From positions 1 to 28,923 of the forward strand of contig JAZDJN010000047.1 in assembly GCA_043803945.1 (NCBI GenBank): a DNA stretch of 28,923 nt. The letters are read 5' to 3'. The position numbers and the translations under genes were made by a program. This document shows positions 26,688 through 28,923 of this stretch, one piece after another. This DNA is from a bacterium (GTDB lineage Bacteria > Bacteroidota > Ignavibacteria > UBA10030). Under the pieces are notes generated by a model. It saw nothing but the letters and a program-made list of their open reading frames with translations, had not been told where the DNA came from and made no database searches. Position 1 is the stretch's first letter. The number at the start of each line of letters is the position of its first letter.

Positions 26688-26802
26688 ACAACAAAACACC
26701 ACCCAATAGGGTGGTGTTTGTTGTCGTGCCCGGAATCCCGACAAAAAACGTCGGAACAGGCCCACCTACGCAGAAAAACGCTTCGGCGGGCGGGCAGGAC
26801 TT
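26688..26802 (-). repeat. att-like repeat copy 3: tRNA 3'-end remnant plus a different terminator, with two palindromic inserts
   Basis: Hairpin ACAACAAAACACCACCC-AATA-GGGTGGTGTTTGTTGT (26688-26724), then GTGCCCGGAA [26736-26756] CAGG [26761-26798] ACTT. Confidence 0.72.
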
Positions 26803-27144
26803 ACATTTCATTGAACAAAACAGTTTGATAGTAGTGGTTAGTCAACCAATTTCTGGATTATACAGCGTCTGACTTAAAAATTGATAATTGAGTGGCGGAA
26901 GGTAATAGATGTAGAATGAAGTCGGAATGTTACAATTTAGCAGCGAGGGAAGGATAACTATAATAATATTAGAGATATCAAGCTTGACGTTATTCAGCAA
27001 CGGAAAGGAATTTCATTATTGAAAGACTGATAGAACAGAATCATAGAAGAAGAACTGGAGGGAATGTCCTTATTTATAGTTAGTATCAAATGATACCAAG
27101 GCAAAAATGATTAACTTTTCTAAAAATATTGCTGGAGGTATCAT

Positions 27145-27617
27145 ATGCTTGATCATACACTTGCAAACCGCTTGACGGCAAAAACAGTCAAGCGATCAAT
27201 TATTACAAATATCTCTAAAGATTTTAATCTCACCCGTCTGTTAGCAGAAGCATACTTCAATCAGATCAAAGCCTACTTCCTTAATCATGCAGAGGTTGAT
27301 CTGTCTTTGGGACAATTACATTATCTGGCAGTTGATGAACATGAACCTGCCGGAAAACCGATTGTGCTCTGTAAAAAAGTCTCTGTGAAACTCACAAGCG
27401 TGAGATTATTACCCTCTATCTGAAAGGATACCTTGTCCCAACAATTTGTCAAAGAACTAATCACTCGAAAGAATCTGTCGAGCGCTACATCCGTGACTTC
27501 GAAGCTGTTAAACTCTTGTCAACAAAATTTAATGATGTCGAGACAATCTCTCGTCTCATCAGATTGTAATCCTCAGTCGTCAAGCAATACCTTGATCTCT
27601 TACCACTTGACTCCTGA
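27145..27617 (+). pseudogene. DUF1670-family protein pseudogene (internal deletion with frameshift plus a stop)
   Basis: GGAGG RBS. N-half ...GQLHYLAVDEHEPAGKP...VKLT, then in another frame HKREIITLYLKGY...RTNHSKESVERYIRDFEAV...IRL*SSVVKQYLDL. The central region is missing. Confidence 0.75.
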
Positions 27618-27667
27618 GGATGACTTTATTATGTTCTCTCAATTCTTACACCTAGTATCATTTGATA

Positions 27668-28708
27668 CTATTTCATCAGAATCATTTTCTTGGTGGAAAT
27701 GTACGATCCTGCCTGCAATCGATAGAGATAGGTTCCGCTGGAGAGCATCGTTGCATTGAAATGAACCAAATAGTGACCTGCTTCTTGAACTTCATTTACC
27801 AAGCTTGTCACTTCCTTCCCAGTGATATCGAATATGGAAAGTCGGACAACACCGCTCGATGCTAGTTGATAGCTGATCGTTGTCGCAGGATTAAATGGAT
27901 TAGGATAATTATCCTGCAGGACGAAAGCAGTTGGCAGAGCTTCTGTCGCAATTCTCTCAACGGAAGTGACGAAGAGCGGCGACCATGTTTTGGATACCCT
28001 GATTCCATCCACACGTAACGTTGGAGTATTGCCTGAACCCTGACGCAATGCGATGGATCCGTAATTCACCAAGTCTGCTGCTGCGGCACTCCCTAACGTT
28101 CCTACTTGTGCCGTTGCTGGTTCAGTACTCGGTATGGAAGGCTGCTTAAAGATGTAGAGTCTCACACTATCATCGGTTGCTCCAGGACCGATGATGAGTT
28201 TCATAACGAAAAGATATGTCGTGTTTAAAGAATATTCAAAAGGGGTGGCTGTGGAGCTCTCACTGGCGAATGAAAGTCCAAAGGCAACACTATCTCCTGT
28301 GTTTTTTTGACAAAACACCCTCAGGCGAAAGTTTGAGGTATTAAATGGATTTTCCCCATAATGGATAAAATAATCTCTTCCTGTCGATGATGCATTGCTC
28401 ACGTTCACCAAGAACGACGCATACAAACTCCCAGATGTTTGTGCAGTAAAGGTTCTATTGTAATCGGCAGAACCGCCATTTGATATTTTGACGGAATTTC
28501 CGATTCCTGAGCCTGGATAGCCTGGATAGGTTAATCCCGCGGCAATCGAGTCCAGAACGGTTCCACTATGGAGTTTCCAGAATGTCGTATCCAGCGTAGC
28601 CCCGATCGTATAAAGAGCATTATCGAAGTTCTCCACGAGCAGTGTCTGAGCAGAGAGTATGGAAAAGGATGCCAGCACAAGGGCAACCAGGACTAAGGAT
28701 TTCTTCAT
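27668..28708 (-). CDS. Secreted protein of unknown function with T9SS type A sorting domain
   Basis: AGGAG RBS; signal peptide MKKSLVLVALVLASFSILSA-Q; beta-rich core ending RVDGIRVSKTW; DNYPNPFNPATTISY...SGTYLYRL...KKMILMK. Confidence 0.85.
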   Translation of the reverse strand: MKKSLVLVALVLASFSILSAQTLLVENFDNALYTIGATLDTTFWKLHSGTVLDSIAAGLTYPGYPGSGIGNSVKISNGGSADYNRTFTAQTSGSLYASFLVNVSNASSTGRDYFIHYGENPFNTSNFRLRVFCQKNTGDSVAFGLSFASESSTATPFEYSLNTTYLFVMKLIIGPGATDDSVRLYIFKQPSIPSTEPATAQVGTLGSAAAADLVNYGSIALRQGSGNTPTLRVDGIRVSKTWSPLFVTSVERIATEALPTAFVLQDNYPNPFNPATTISYQLASSGVVRLSIFDITGKEVTSLVNEVQEAGHYLVHFNATMLSSGTYLYRLQAGSYISTKKMILMK

Positions 28709-28797
28709 TATCGTTCTCCTTATGATGATGAATAGTTGATCTGATAAAAAAGTTAACTGATCCTAGAGATCTAGCCGAAAATTTAAGAACATAATCA

Positions 28798-28856
28798 AAC
28801 CACTGCACCAAAGGCGCATCAGCCTCTGGCTGAAAAGTTCACCAAGGACACAAAGG
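28798..28856. repeat. REP-like double hairpin inside a CCAC..AAG-type short repeat
   Basis: AACCACT[GCACCAAAGGCGC-ATCAGCCTCTGGCTGA]AAAGTTCACCAAGGACACAAAG; TCAGCC/GGCTGA is a perfect stem. Confidence 0.5.
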
Positions 28857-28923
28857 AAAAACTGTTGAATTAATTTAAATTTCCATTACTCCTTTTTCTT
28901 TTTATTCTTCGCATCCTTAGTGT

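Noticed and set aside
26548-26802. Intact tRNA, riboswitch or CRISPR array in the hairpin-rich stretch
   Set aside because: Only a tRNA 3' fragment can be rebuilt, with no D or anticodon arm. The repeats are not regularly spaced with unique spacers, and no cas genes are present.
26270-26872. 200-aa ORF in the track
   Set aside because: It runs through terminators and att-like repeats and overlaps a pseudogene in another frame that has the better RBS.
27433-27759. 108-aa ORF in the track
   Set aside because: It is an off-frame shadow of the DUF1670 C-terminal remnant and overlaps the convergent T9SS gene.

Overview
Bacterial window, probably Ignavibacteria-like (FCB group). This rests on two proteins with an NYPNPFNP T9SS-type C-terminal domain, use of GGAG/AGGAGG ribosome-binding sites and TTGACA/TATAAT-type promoters. 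Left edge: the right end of an IS21-like element cuts a DUF362-type gene. From 1.2 to 18.2 kb is a minus-strand (glucurono)xylan/uronate utilisation locus (GH8, GH115, GH43, a URO-D/MtaA-family protein, GH105, GH9, a secreted BNR-4 protein, an ExuT-like MFS) with a divergent LacI regulator. Three matching LacI-type operators each abut a sigma70 -10 box. An orphan sugar-binding protein follows. From about 19.85 kb the window looks like decayed accessory DNA, punctuated by three remnants of a tRNA (probably Leu) 3' end plus terminator, each broken at the same base by a different short insert. It holds an intact four-gene module (ECF sigma, zinc anti-sigma, periplasmic metal-sensor family protein, exported 13-Cys metallothionein-like protein) with a duplicated promoter motif. 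It also holds an intact GH13, a T9SS-secreted protein and four damaged genes (DsrE, DUF2723, a membrane protein, DUF1670). All family calls come from motif recognition by eye; no database searches were run.
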